Of a stretch of DNA of 64,000 bases, positions 25,301 to 38,900 are shown piece by piece. Numbering within the stretch: position 1 is the stretch's first letter; each line of letters opens with the position of its first letter. The notes below the pieces were generated by a model, which saw only the letters and a program-made list of their open reading frames with translations, did no database searches and had not been told where the DNA came from. The DNA is from Lingula anatina. Lineage: Eukaryota; Animalia; Brachiopoda. Where the stretch lies: NCBI GenBank assembly GCA_051362555.1, contig JBPQGU010000016.1, positions 496,001 to 560,000 on the forward strand. The letters are read 5' to 3'. Both the position numbers and the translations under genes were made by a program.

Positions 25301-26821
25301 ATTCTTTTTTTCTAATCAGAAATAGTAATTGTGGATGAAATCATTCTGTGTGGATTACATTATGGGTAAATATAATGAAGTTTTTGAATATCTCATTACT
25401 CCTTCATCATTGCTGAACCCCCCCCCCCCTCCCCAAGCAAATTTGTGTCAAGTTATGTCTTTCTTCTCAAGTAGTCACATTTATAGTATTATTAACCATA
25501 CAAACTCCACTGGAGATCTCCAAAATCAATGAATTTTTTCCTTATATTTATCCTTCCATAACTTAATGGAACCATAGATTTAAACATGCCATTTTCAAGC
25601 CAAATAATTTCATGGATATGAAAAGTATATATAATTTGATAAAAATATGGTTTTTAATAATGATTTTTATTTCTCTTTTTATTTTCTCTTGTGATTATTT
25701 TTTTGATGATTTTTGTTTCTCCTTTTTTTTTTTTTAATTAAAGTAAACACAAATACACATTGAAATCCAGACTGACAAAAACTGCCATTATAAGTAGCAT
25801 TAAAAAAAAAAAAATTATTCCTTTAGTAGTCTTGGTTAAAACAAGATTGCTTAGTTTTTTTTTTTTTATACATGTATATATTTAGTATCTTTCTTATCAT
25901 GGCCCTCACCTGTCTTACTCTGGACTTCAGGATTTCTTCACTAACAGTACTTTTACCTTCTGTGCCACTTACACTGACAACTCTGGGGGGACTGGGAGAG
26001 CCTGCAACTGGAAATGAAAAACAAGGCAGCAAAGCTGTCAAATGTACAGACAAAAACAGAAAATAAAGATGCAAAATAGGTCATTTTGTCAATTTTGATG
26101 CAATAATAAATAATGCTTATAATAGCACTGTCAGTCAACACTGAATTTTAATCATGCACAACAGGTAAAATGGTCAATAACATGAGCGGACCCACAGATA
26201 TTTTCTGACAGTATTCCAAAGTATCTATTTTGATCCATCCTCCATTTTGATGGTCTTCCAACAGAAGAAAAAATAGATACCAGGCAATATAAACTTAATA
26301 ACCTGCATGACTGTCTTCCGGAAGTCCCAGAAGATGGTCTCAATCTACCCTTTCAATAAGATTACAGTTTCAGGACCATGAGAGTTCAAATTCACATGAT
26401 GTAAGTCTCAATATTTGAAAAATGATGACAGTGCATAAAATAATATTACATAAGTAACATAATGTTTAAAGACATAAAAAACAATACAACTGCTTATGTG
26501 GAAAAACAGAAATGTCAGAGTCTCAGGCGGATGAGAGTTTAAAGTCACAAATGCAAGTGTTTGAGAAAAAATTATAAAGGAAAACAACAAAACTAGAAAA
26601 GCACTCCGAGAGTGCAGACCTCTGCCAAGGTAGCAATTGTTGATTATTATTGATTTTTGTCCTCTTTGGCCCACTTCTGACAGTTCCTGAAAATTTCAGC
26701 AAAATCGGTCCATAACTTTTTGAGTTATGTTGATGACAAACAGGGGTGAAAATATAACCTCCTTGGCAGAGGTAAATATAATTCCAATGAAGCTGCTATT
26801 CAAACTTTTAATCTTTCAGTT

Positions 26822-26907
<86 letters not shown>

Positions 26908-29900
26908 CTTATTTGCAATATTAAACAAAATTTACCTGCATAATTATCACTGCTTCCTTATTATTAATCTAGCAGAGAGCTTAACCTATGGGAGTTTACA
27001 GGGAAATATCAACAAGTGTGCTTTATGTAATCTCAAATCACAAGTGTGCTTTATGTAGCCTATCAATTAGGCAAATTACTTTATAACTGAAATTAGCGAA
27101 GTGATACCCAAGGGAAATTTATAGACTGACCCTCTCAAAGGTCTTTCAGGCCCATAAGTCACAACTTAAGAAGAGCACAAAACAATAATGCACAAAATAG
27201 GAGACTACCACTTCTGATGCAATAATACATTATGTTTAAAGATGCATACAAAGTCAATTTTTTGTCACAAAAACCAACCAAATGCCAGGATATAGTTTCA
27301 AGTAGTATAACTAAGAGAATTACCAAAAAGCATTGTTTAATTTTACCCGAAAATGATGTTTGAACAGATTTTTCTGCTGGCATTCTAAGCTGTATGTCAA
27401 TGGGGCAGGAAAGTAGGTCACGGAAGTAGGTTAAATTTACAACCATAAATTTAAAAAGGAGCAGTCTAAAGGTCTTTTTTGGCTGATCGAGTGATCTATT
27501 CAGTTTATCCCTTGGCTTGTCAAATTTATTTGAGTCATATAAGATTCTAGTAGAAGTGGTTTACATGTGTTACTCGGAATCCACACTCCACCGATGCTCG
27601 GTTCGTATGTACCTTTAACTGCACAGTCAACATCAAATTTTAATTTTGCACAACAGGTAACACCGATGAGAGTAAAAGCATAAGGCTTCAGGCCCATCAG
27701 AGTTCAAGTTTATACTTAGAAAGTGCCAGAATGAGAAAAATGAAATTTCACACAAAATTGCATTAAATTCAATAATAAATGATAACCCAATTGACCTGGC
27801 TTTCTAATTTGAACTGCATGCCAATCCTAAAAATCATACTCTTAAGTTAAATATAATAATAAATAACACAGTTTTCTTTTCATAATGTTTGCAGTAGCAG
27901 TGCAAAAAGATTATTGTCAATTTTGATGTAACATTACATAATAAATTATAGAATAATTATCACCAATTTTTGATTATTGACTATAAATAGCATGAACATG
28001 TAGAAAATTTGATTACCATCCGGCTTCATGTCCATGGGAGCTCCGAGTCCCACAATGAATATGCCAAAAAGATAATGAATATTTCACTAAAATGAATAAC
28101 TTCCAGAAAAAGAAGCCCATTAGACTGCTTTTCCAACTTGGGCTGCATTTTAGTCCTGTGTTTCTTTTTTGAAAGTTTGACAATCATAACGAACACGATT
28201 TTCCCATCATGGTCATCATGGCAGATGTGGATGATTGAATCTGACAAACTGCAATGATATGAGTTTATTTCCGTTTTGGACACTTGATTACACAATACAT
28301 GATAACAAGTTTACCATCATTTTTACATAATCAACTAACAATGTTGTAAAGATGCAGGAAATATCAAACACACACTTTTACGTATCTTATTAGTTCAATA
28401 ATGAGACTGTTAACATGCCTAAGAATTGAATCTGAGGAAATTTGAAAAAACAGTACAACTTCTAAAATAATGGCCCGATAACACTGATTTTCGAACTCAA
28501 CCTGCATTTTTGTAAGATTGACCACTCCTGTGAGTATAATGACAATTGGCTAAGCTGTTTTTCTTATATTGTGTTATTAATGTTGCATATATGTTGAAAA
28601 AAGTGAAAAAACAGCATAAAAAATTAAAAGAAAATGTAAAATAAAACATAACAAAAAATACCAATAAAGCTGCTATTCAAACTTTTAATCTAGCTGTACA
28701 ATTACTAACATGATATGAATAACCCTATTGAGTTTGAGAATAATAAGGCACTGTTATTCATCTTTAGCATTAATGTAAGCGTTACACAAATTTTTTTTTT
28801 GTAAACTTATTTTCCATATTAAATAACATTTACCTGCATAATAATCATCGATTCCTAATTATGTGACACAGTTAAGAAAGCTAAACCGATGGGACTTTAC
28901 AATGAAATCTCAATGTGTTTTTATGTAATCTCATTTAATACCCACTTGAAAATTAATTAAGCAAATTATTTTATAACCCTGAAATAACTTGAAAATCAAT
29001 TAAGCAAATTATTTTATGGCCCTGAATTAACTGCCTACTATCCATATACATTTATTGCACCAAATAGCACTGTACTGCATTGCTTTCAAAACAGAAAACA
29101 ATTACGATGGTTTTCCAACACAAGCTGCACTTCACTCTTTTCAGTAAGGTTGATTATCATAAGTAACATGGTTTTCCCTTAATCGCTATCCTGGCAGCAG
29201 TGTCCAAAATAGGGTTTTCTTTAACTTTCATGCAATATAACATAATACTTAACAGCATAATGACCATCAAATTTTTTATAAAAAAATAAAAGTATCATGG
29301 ATATTCAGAAAATGTGATATGGAAAGGTCTCCAAGGACATGGAAGTTAGGGTCACACTTTCAAAATGCCAAAATGTTAACAAGAGATAACTGTACTGAAA
29401 TGATTTTCTTTCCATTTTCAACACCTTTTTTACATAAAACCATCATCAACTAGAGGATCAGAGAGGCGATACCGCCTCCGAATATTGTACCACCAGCTGG
29501 AGCAAGCGCATTCGTATAGACCCCCACATACACAAAATAAGGGGTGCAGCCACCAGTCTTGTGCTTGACAAGCTGTAAAAATGCAATCAACAAGAATTTT
29601 CAAAATATGCAAAAAATATATATAACTAAAAATGGTGCAATCAAAGTTAAGTTCATTGTAAGGTAGGTCAAAGGTCAATTTCAAGGTCACAGTAAATTGC
29701 CAGTATATGACTTCCTATCCAACTTCAATAGTAACTATGGACCTATCTCTGCCAGTTTTGGAGATAAAAGGGAAGCAAAATTTGCAAAGTTCAGTTCATG
29801 GTGAAAAGTAGGTCAAAGGTCAATTTCAAGGTCACAGTAAGATTGCCAGTATATGACTTCCTATTCAACTTCAATAGTAACTATGGACCTATCTCTGCCA

Positions 29901-32900
29901 GTTTTGGAGATAAAAGGGAAGCAAAATTTGCAAAGTTCAGTTCATGGTGAAAAGTAGGTCAAAGGTCAATTTCAAGGTCACATTTAGATTGCCAGTATAT
30001 GACTTCCTATTCAACTTCAATAGTAACTATGGACCTATCTCTGCCAGTTTTGGAGATAAAAGGGAAGCAAAATTTGCAAAGTTCAGTTCATGGTGAAAAG
30101 AAGGTCAAAGGTCAATTTCAAGGACACAGTAAAATTGCCAGTATATGACTTCCTATGCAAGTTCAATAGTAACTATGGACCTATCTCTGCCAGTTTTGGA
30201 GATAAAAGGGAAGCAAATTTTGCAAAGTTCAGTTCAAGGTGAAAAGTAGGTCAAAGGTCAATTTCAAGGTCACAGTAAAATTGCCAGTATATGACTTCCT
30301 ATTCAAGTTCAATAGTAACTATGGACCTATCTCTGCCAGTTTTGGAGATAAAAGGGAAGCAAAATTTGCAAAGTTCAGTTCATGGTGATAAGTAGGTCAA
30401 AGGTCAATTTCAAGGTCACAGTAAGATTGCCAGTATAGGACTTCCTATTCAACTTCAATAGTAACTATGGACCTATCTCTGCCAGTTTTGGAGATAAAAG
30501 GGAAGCAAAATTTGCAAAGTTCAGTTCATGGTGAAAAGTAGGTCAAAGGTCAATTTCAAGGTCACATTTAGATTGCCAGTATATGACTTCCTATTCAACT
30601 TCAATAGTAACTATGGACCTATCTCTGCCAGTTTTGGAGATAAAAGGGAAGCAAAATTTGCAAAGTTCAGTTCATGGTGAAAAGAAGGTCAAAGGTCAAT
30701 TTCAAGGTCACAGTAAAATTGCCAGTATATGACTTCCTATTCAAGTTCAATAGTAACTATGGACCTATCTCTGCCAGTTTTGGAGATAAAAGGGAAGCAA
30801 AATTTGCAAAGTTCAGTTCATGGTGATAAGTAGGTCAAAGGTCAATTTCAAGGTCACAGTAAGATTGCCAGTATATGACTTCCTATTCAACTTCAATAGT
30901 AACTATGGACCTATCTCTGCCAGTTTTGGAGATAAAAGGGAAGCAAAATTTGCAAAGTTCAGTTCATGGTGAAAAGTAGGTCAAAGGTCAATGTCAAGGT
31001 CACAGTAAGATTGCCAGTATATGACTTCCTATTCAACTTCAATAGTAACTATGGACCTATCTCTGCCAGTTTTGGAGATATAAGGGACTAAATGTTATAA
31101 TTTTGGAGTTACCATAATGTGCCATAAATTTCCTACAGAAAAAATTAATTAAAATAAAGAAAAGGTCATTTTGGTCAAAGTTCTTGAAATGGGAGGTTCT
31201 CTGAAGTTGCAGAAGTTTAAATTTGATAAAATAATGTCATTTTTGACCACAAGTTGTCTGCTTTGCCAAGCATTATGTTTTATTTTTCCGGAGTTCAAAA
31301 TTTATTATCCATTACCGTACTGCACATTTTTACGGAAGCCGACTGGTGCCATATGTTGAAAAAAAAAATTATCTCGAAATTTCGAGATAGCATTTTTTTT
31401 GTTCAAATTTCAAAATACTATCTCGAAATTTCGAGATAAATTTTTTTGCTCAAATATCAAAATGCTATCTCGAAATTTCGAGATAATTTTTTTTTTGTTC
31501 AAATTTCAAAATGCTATCTCGAAATTTCGAGATAAAAATTTTTTTTGTTCAAATTTCAAAATAGTATCTCGAAATTTCGAGATAATTTTTTTTTCTACAT
31601 ATGGCACCAGTCGGCTTCCGTACATTTTCCTTTCACCACCAATATGTACTTTCTGATACAGCGTAACTCGAAAACCGTATGGAATACAAAAAAACCGAGA
31701 CCACCTCCAGTGTTGGGCTTTACATGCTCTACAAAATGCAAAAAAGAATGGGTCTCTAGCATTAACGGTTCCCGAATTAGAGACAGTTTTCAGTTTCGGT
31801 ATCTTATGGCCGCTACTCCTGTGAAAATGCACCGATTGACCCCAAATTCACGGAGATGAAAGATGACCTGAAGGGTAACACTTTCCAATAATATTATTGG
31901 TTAAGTCAGTGTGGCGTCTGAATAACAGGGCAAAAAAATTTTTTTTCGTAAAAAATTTCATTTTTTTGAAAATTTTGACCCATTTGACCTTGAAGTAAAG
32001 GTCAAAGGTCAAATCCGAGGGTATATTTGAAATCTACACATATGACTTTTGGAAAGCCGTCTATAGAAATTTTTCCCGTAACTCCTTCTGTAGGGTAGAT
32101 AATTAGCATTTAATTTTGCCATTTTTAGACAAGGGTGCATTGCAATGAGTGCCACACCCAGACCCCAATACCGACAAAGCCCAAATTTTACGTGGAACGA
32201 GTTGAGATTATAGGTGACCTAAATCCATGAGATGGGTACGGGGGCCCTTACCGTCTAGGAGGAGAAGCGGTAACGGTAACATGGCGGCGGAGCCGGCGGA
32301 ACGGACCGGACGGGACCGAAACCATGTGTACCGCCAGCGCTAACGCTGGTGGTAAATTTTTTTGTTCAAATTTCAAAATAGTATCTCGAAATTTCGAGAT
32401 AATTTTTTTTTCTACATATGGCACCAGTGGGCTTCCGTACATTTTCCTTTCACCACCAATATGTACTTTTTGATACAGCGTAACTCGAAAACCGTATGGA
32501 ATACAAAAAAACCGAGACCACCTCCAGTGTTGGGCTTTACATGCTCTACAAAATGCAAAAAAGAATGGGTCTCTAGCATTAACGGTTCCCGAATTAGAGA
32601 CAGTTTTCAGTTTCGGTATCTTATGGCCGCTACTCCTGTGAAAATGCACCGATTGACCCCAAATTCACGGAGATGAAAGATGACCTGAAGGGTAACACTT
32701 TCCAATAATATTATTGGTTAAGTCTGTGTGGTGTCTGAATAACAGGGCAAAAAATTTTTTTTTCGTAAAAAATTTCATTTTTTTGAAAATTTTGGCCCAT
32801 TTGACCTTGAAGTAAAGGTCAAAGGTCAAATCCGAGGGTATATTTGAAATCTACACATATGACTTTTGGAAAGCCGTCTGTAGAAATTTTTCCCGTAACT

Positions 32901-35900
32901 CCTTCCGTAGGGTAGATAATTAGCATTTAATTTTGCCATTTTTGGACAAGGGTGCATTGCAATGAGTGCCACACCCAGACCCCAATACCGACAAAGCCCA
33001 AATTTTACGTGGAACGAGTTGAGATTATAGGTGACCTAAATCCATGAGATGGGTATGGGGGGCCTTACCGTCTAGGAGGAGAAGCGGTAACGGTAGCCGT
33101 CCGGCGGAGCCGGCGGAGCCGGCGGAGCCGGCGGAGCCGGCGGAACGATCCGGACGAGACCGAAACCATGTGTACCGCCAGCGCTAACGCTGGTGGTACA
33201 ATTAACTGTCATTTTTAAATGATCAACTAGGAAAATTGTTGACATAGGAAAAATATCAATAGAACAATTTATAATGTCCAATTAGCTCCATTTGGAGATT
33301 CTGAACATAGTGAATGATTGAATCTGACGAACTGCAATGATGAGTTCCTTTCCATTTTTGATACTTTATTACACAATGCAGGATAATAGGTTTACCGTCA
33401 TTTTTATATAATCAACTAACAATATTGTTAAGAAGCAGAAAATGTTAAAACAACACTTTAACATATCCAATTAGTACCGTTATGAGACTGTTAACATGCT
33501 TAAGAATTAAATCTGAAGAAAAACCACTTATATACAAAAAGGCTAATAACTTCATCAAAACTTAACGGATCAAGCTTATTTTCAAACTTGATCTGTATAC
33601 TGGTCAGATTGATCACTCCTGTGAGTTGCAAGACAAAAGGCTGATTGGTTTTCCTTAAAATGCGTTATCAGTGTTGCATGTATGCTGAATAAAGGGAAAA
33701 AAACAGCATTACTTTTGTAAAAATAGTCCAATCATGCCAATTTTCAAACTTGACCTGCGTATAATAAATATTCACCAGTTCTGTAAATTTCAATCCAAGG
33801 AAAGGAAAAACATTTTTACACTTATCATGTTATCGGTGTTATAAAAGTGCTGAAAAAATTGAAAAAAAAAAACAAAAACAGGATAACTTTCATAAAAATT
33901 GCCCGATCTTGCTGATTTTCAAACTTGACCTGCATATTATGAATATTCATTAGTTCTGTAAGTTTCAAGCCAAATGAAAAAACAGTTTTCCACTTATTGT
34001 GTTATCAGTGCTGCATATATGCTGAAAAAAGTGAAAAAACAGCATAAATTCCCTAACAATAATCGAATCATGCTGATTTTCGAACTTGACTTGCGTATTA
34101 TGAATATTGATCAGTTCTACAAGTTTCAAGCCAAAAGGTAAATTGGTTTTCCACTTATGGTGTTATCATGCGGCATATATGCTGAAAAATAGTGAAAAAA
34201 CAGCATAAATTCCCTAAAAATGACCCAATCATGCTGATTTTCGAACTTGACCTGTGTATTATGAATATTAATCAGTTTTGTAAGTTTCAAGCCAAAAGGT
34301 AGGATGGTTTTCCACTTATCGTGTTATCGGGGTTGCATATATGCTGAAAAAAGTGAAAAAACAGCATAAATTCACTAAAAATGACCCGATCATGCTGATT
34401 TTCGAACTTGACCTGCGTATTATGAATATTCATCAGTTCTGTAACTTTCAAGCCAAAAGGTAAAATGGTTTTTCACTTATCGTGTTATCGGTGCTGCATA
34501 TATGCTGAAAAAAGTGAAAAAACAGCATAAATTCCCTAAAAATGACCCGATCATGCTGATTTTCGAACTTGACCTGCGTATTATGAATATTCATCAGTTC
34601 TGTAACTTTCAAGCCAAAAGGTAAAATGGTTTTTCACTTATCGTGTTATCGGTGCTGCATATATGCTGAAAAAAGTGAAAAAACAGCATAAATTCCCTAA
34701 AAGTGACCCGATCATGCTGATTTTCGAACTTGACCTGCGTATTATGAATATTCATCAGTTCTGTAAGTTTCATACCAAAAGAAAAAACAGTTTTCCATTT
34801 ATCGTGTTATCGGTAAAAGTGCACGGCGACGGCGGCGACGACGGCGACAGCGACGACGGCGACGACAGACGCAGATGATGGCTATATGTACAGACACATC
34901 TGTGTCTGTACATAAAAAAAAGCAAAACATTTAAATGGCTACTGAATGCCTCCCCCCTCTCCCCTTCCCCCCAAAAATTACATTGTTGGAGGTTTTAAAC
35001 TGGATAAGATGCAATATCAATTATATGTATATAATATATATTTCATATTTAAAAGTTTAGAACTATAACATCTACAACTCTATTTTCAACAAAGGTTTTT
35101 TTGTTGCACACCTAATATTTTTTCTAAGTCTGTGTTCATATTGTAAGTTATGCCAGGATATTCAGCTTAGTACATTGACTCTGCGCCTTAGGAAGAATCC
35201 CCTCTAAGATAGATCGGTCAAGCTAGATTGATAAAGTTTAAAGGGATAATAACTCTTCGTATGAGGTTTATATTTCACAATAAAAACATTGTGAATAACT
35301 CATAGAAATAAATATTCTGTTTTACAACAAAAACAGCAGTTACAGCTATTATTCTGATATCTGAGCTTGTCTTTAAACCACTCGACCTCCATTGATGGCT
35401 ATACTCTGTTAAAATCTCTTAAGAGATTTTAACAAAACACCAAACTTTTTAGAAAAAAAACCAGGGACTAACTTTGAATGTAAAAATGGATTCATTAACA
35501 TTGGTAAGCATGGGAAAATTGTTGTTTACTCCGTGAAAATCCATTTTTTGGCCAAAACGAAAAGTTATTATCCCTTTAATCTGAACACAGCCTTATCTTT
35601 CAACATTTAGCAGACACTATTACCAACACAGCTTCTGTTAGGTCCCAATCTTCACTTTACTGAGACAATGCTCAGAAAACAACTCACCTTTTATGCCTAG
35701 AGCATGGCAAGCATTCATTGCAGCAGCTTGTTCTGCCTCCTTCATACTCTTGTACCCATCTGAGGGGGGAGATATTACAAAGAAAGTAAAAATCTGTCTT
35801 TTTTATCAAGTAAATTTAACTCCCATTACTATTTATTACATTACATTACATTGCCTTCAGCACTGGAACATCTTTATCATTTATCAAATTCAACATTATC

Positions 35901-38900
35901 AGGGGTGGATCCAGAGATATTTTCTGACAGGCTTCCAAATTATCTTCATTGATCCACCAATTTTTGACCGTCTTCCGACAAAAAAATTACATACCCATCA
36001 ATGTAAACTCGAAAATCTGACTGTCTTCCGGAAGACCCACAAGACAGCCTAAATCCGCCCCTGATTATGAGAAGCAAGTCAATTATATCAGTTACTAACA
36101 ACTCTGGTTGAACTTTGGGTCACAATCTTCAACAGACTGTCAGCCATTATTATTGGAACATGCCAAGGGGCGCAGTAGTCACAAGACATCTTTATCCGAA
36201 AAAAGTTTACCAATTGTTATTTTTATTCTAAATAACCAATTATACAGAGGAAAAGACCATTTTATTTTAAGTATTTAAATGAAGCAAAAAGGATATCAAA
36301 AATAAAAACTATTAAATACTTCTTAAGTTTGTAAATTAATACATAAATTGTACAGAATAATGAATTTTAAAGAATGAAATATGAATGTTTGACCTACCCT
36401 CACTCCCATAAACCACACCTTCCAAACACAGTGAGCTGACAAACCCAACTTTGGTTGAATCAGTTTTGTTGTAGTAAACAGACTTCTTGGTTTTGGCAGC
36501 ATATTCATAGAGAGCACTTTTGTAATTAACGAATACTGCAACGAAAAATTTTAAACAAGGCAGCAAAGCTGTCAAATGTACAGACAAAGAACAGAAAATA
36601 AAGATGCAAATAAGTGAAAAATTAAATTTTCACAAAAAACTGTAAAATTGCCAGAAAAATTTACCAAACAGACTGCGTTGCCTATTGAAGCTGTATGTTA
36701 GACCCTTGTTTCTTTCCTGTAAGTTTGAGAACAGTAAGTGACATGATTTCCCTTAAATGGTCATCATAGGAGCAGTGCCCAAAATAGGGGTTTCTTCAAA
36801 TTTTGATGCAACATTACATAATGTTTAACAGCATAATGACAATCAAATGTTATTAATAAAATATTAGTAACATGGACATTCAGAAAATGTGACAAGCAAA
36901 AGTCTTCAAGATCATGGAACTTTAAAGTCACACCTTGAAAATGCCAATATGTGAAAAATTAAATTTTCACAAAAAACTGTTTAACTGCAAAAAAAAAAAA
37001 AAAAAAAAAAAACAGACTGCATTGCCTACTGAAGCTGTATTTTAGTCCCATGTTTCTATCCTGTAAGTTTGAAAACAGTAAGTGACATGATTTTCCTTAA
37101 ATGGTCATCATGGAAGCAGTGCCCAAAATGGGGGTTTCTTCAAATTTTGATGCAATATTACATAATGTTTAACAGCTTAATGACCATCAATTTTTAATTA
37201 TAAAATATTTGTATCACAGATATTCAGAAAATGTGACTAGCAAAGGTCTTCAGGCCCATGGAACTTCAAAGTCACGCCTTGATAATGCCAAAATGTAAAC
37301 AAGACAGCACTGCTCTGAAATGGGTTTATTTCCATTTTTAACACTTTTTTAACATAAAACAAAATAAACATTTTACTGCCATTTTTATATGTCCAACTAA
37401 GAAAATTGATGAGATGGGAAAAGTATCAATAGAACAGTGTTAAATGTCCAATTTCCTCCATTCTGAGATTCTGAACATAGTGGATGATTGAATCTGACAA
37501 ACTGCAATGATATGAGTTTATTTCCATTTTTGACATTTTATTACACAATACATGATAACAAGTTTACCATGTTTTTTACATAATCAACTAACAATGTTGT
37601 AAAGATGCAGGAAATATCAAACAAACACTTTTAGGCATCTTATTAGTTAAATAATGAGACTGTTAACATGCCTAATAATTGAATCTGAGGAAATGTGAAA
37701 AAACAGTATAACTTCTTAAGTAATGGCCCGATTATGCTTATTTTCGAACTCAACCTGCGTTTTAGTAAGATTGACCACTCCTGTGAGTATAATTACAATT
37801 GGCCAATCCGTTTTTCTTATATTGTGTTATCAGTGTTTCATTTATATTGAAAATAGTGAAAAAACAGCATAAATTACCTAAAAGTGACCTGATCATGATG
37901 ATTTTCGAACTTGACCTGCGTATTATGAATATTCATCAGTTCTGTAAGTTTCAAGTCAAAAGGTAAAATGGTTTTCCACTTATCGTGTTATCGGTGCTGC
38001 ATATATGCTGAAAAAAGTGAAAAAACAGAATAAATTCCCTAAAAGTGACCCGATCATGCTGATTTTCGAACTTGACCTGCGTATTATGAATATTCATCAG
38101 TTCTGTAAGTTTCAAATCAAAAGGTAAAATGGTTTTCCACTTATCGTGTTATCGGTGCTGCATACATGCTGAAAAAAGTGAAAAAACAGCATAAATTACC
38201 TAAAAGTGACCCGATCATGCTGATTTTCGAACTTGACCTGCATATTATGAATATTCATCAGTTTTGTAAGTTTCAAGTCAAAAGGTAAAATGGTTTTCCA
38301 CTTATCGTGTTATCGGTGCTGCATATATGCTGAAAAAAGTGAAAAAACAGCATAAATTCCCTAAAAGTGACCCGATCATGCTGATTTTCGAACTTGACCT
38401 GCGTATTATGAATATTCATCAGTTCTGCAAGTTTCAAGTCAAAAGGTAAAATGGTTTTCCACTTATCGTGTTATCGGTAAAAGTGCACGGCGACGGCGAC
38501 GGCGACGACGGCGACAGCGACGACGGCGACGGCGACGACAGACGCAGATGATGGCTATATGTACAGACACATCTGTGTCTGTACATAATAAAAAGCCATA
38601 AAATCTGTCCATAACAGTGACATGCTATCAGAAATTGTGCTCTCTTGTACTAGTCAAGGCAAAGAAAAACCTTGAAAAAAAAAAAAAAAAACCTGTCCAC
38701 AATGACTGACACATCATGCTGGCTGTGCTAAAAATGATAAAATCTACAATGATAAAGAAAATAAAATTGCTAAAAAATAAGTGTAATAAATATTGCCACA
38801 TTGCAAAGGGTCAAAACTTGCAGATTTAGTGTTCCCTCTAAACACCAACCACCATCATACATTACTTAAAGTGATAATAACTCTTCGTATGAGATGTATA

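Larger units (their letters stand above)
26020..34914 (-). mobile_element. Second HINE family B copy inflated by nested insertions
   Basis: Left terminus at 26020-26075 and right hairpin at 34885-34914 match the other copy. 161-bp monomers at ~33560-34820. Internal segments (28225-28620, 29180-29440, 33200-33520) are paralogous to 36760-37870. Confidence 0.65.
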
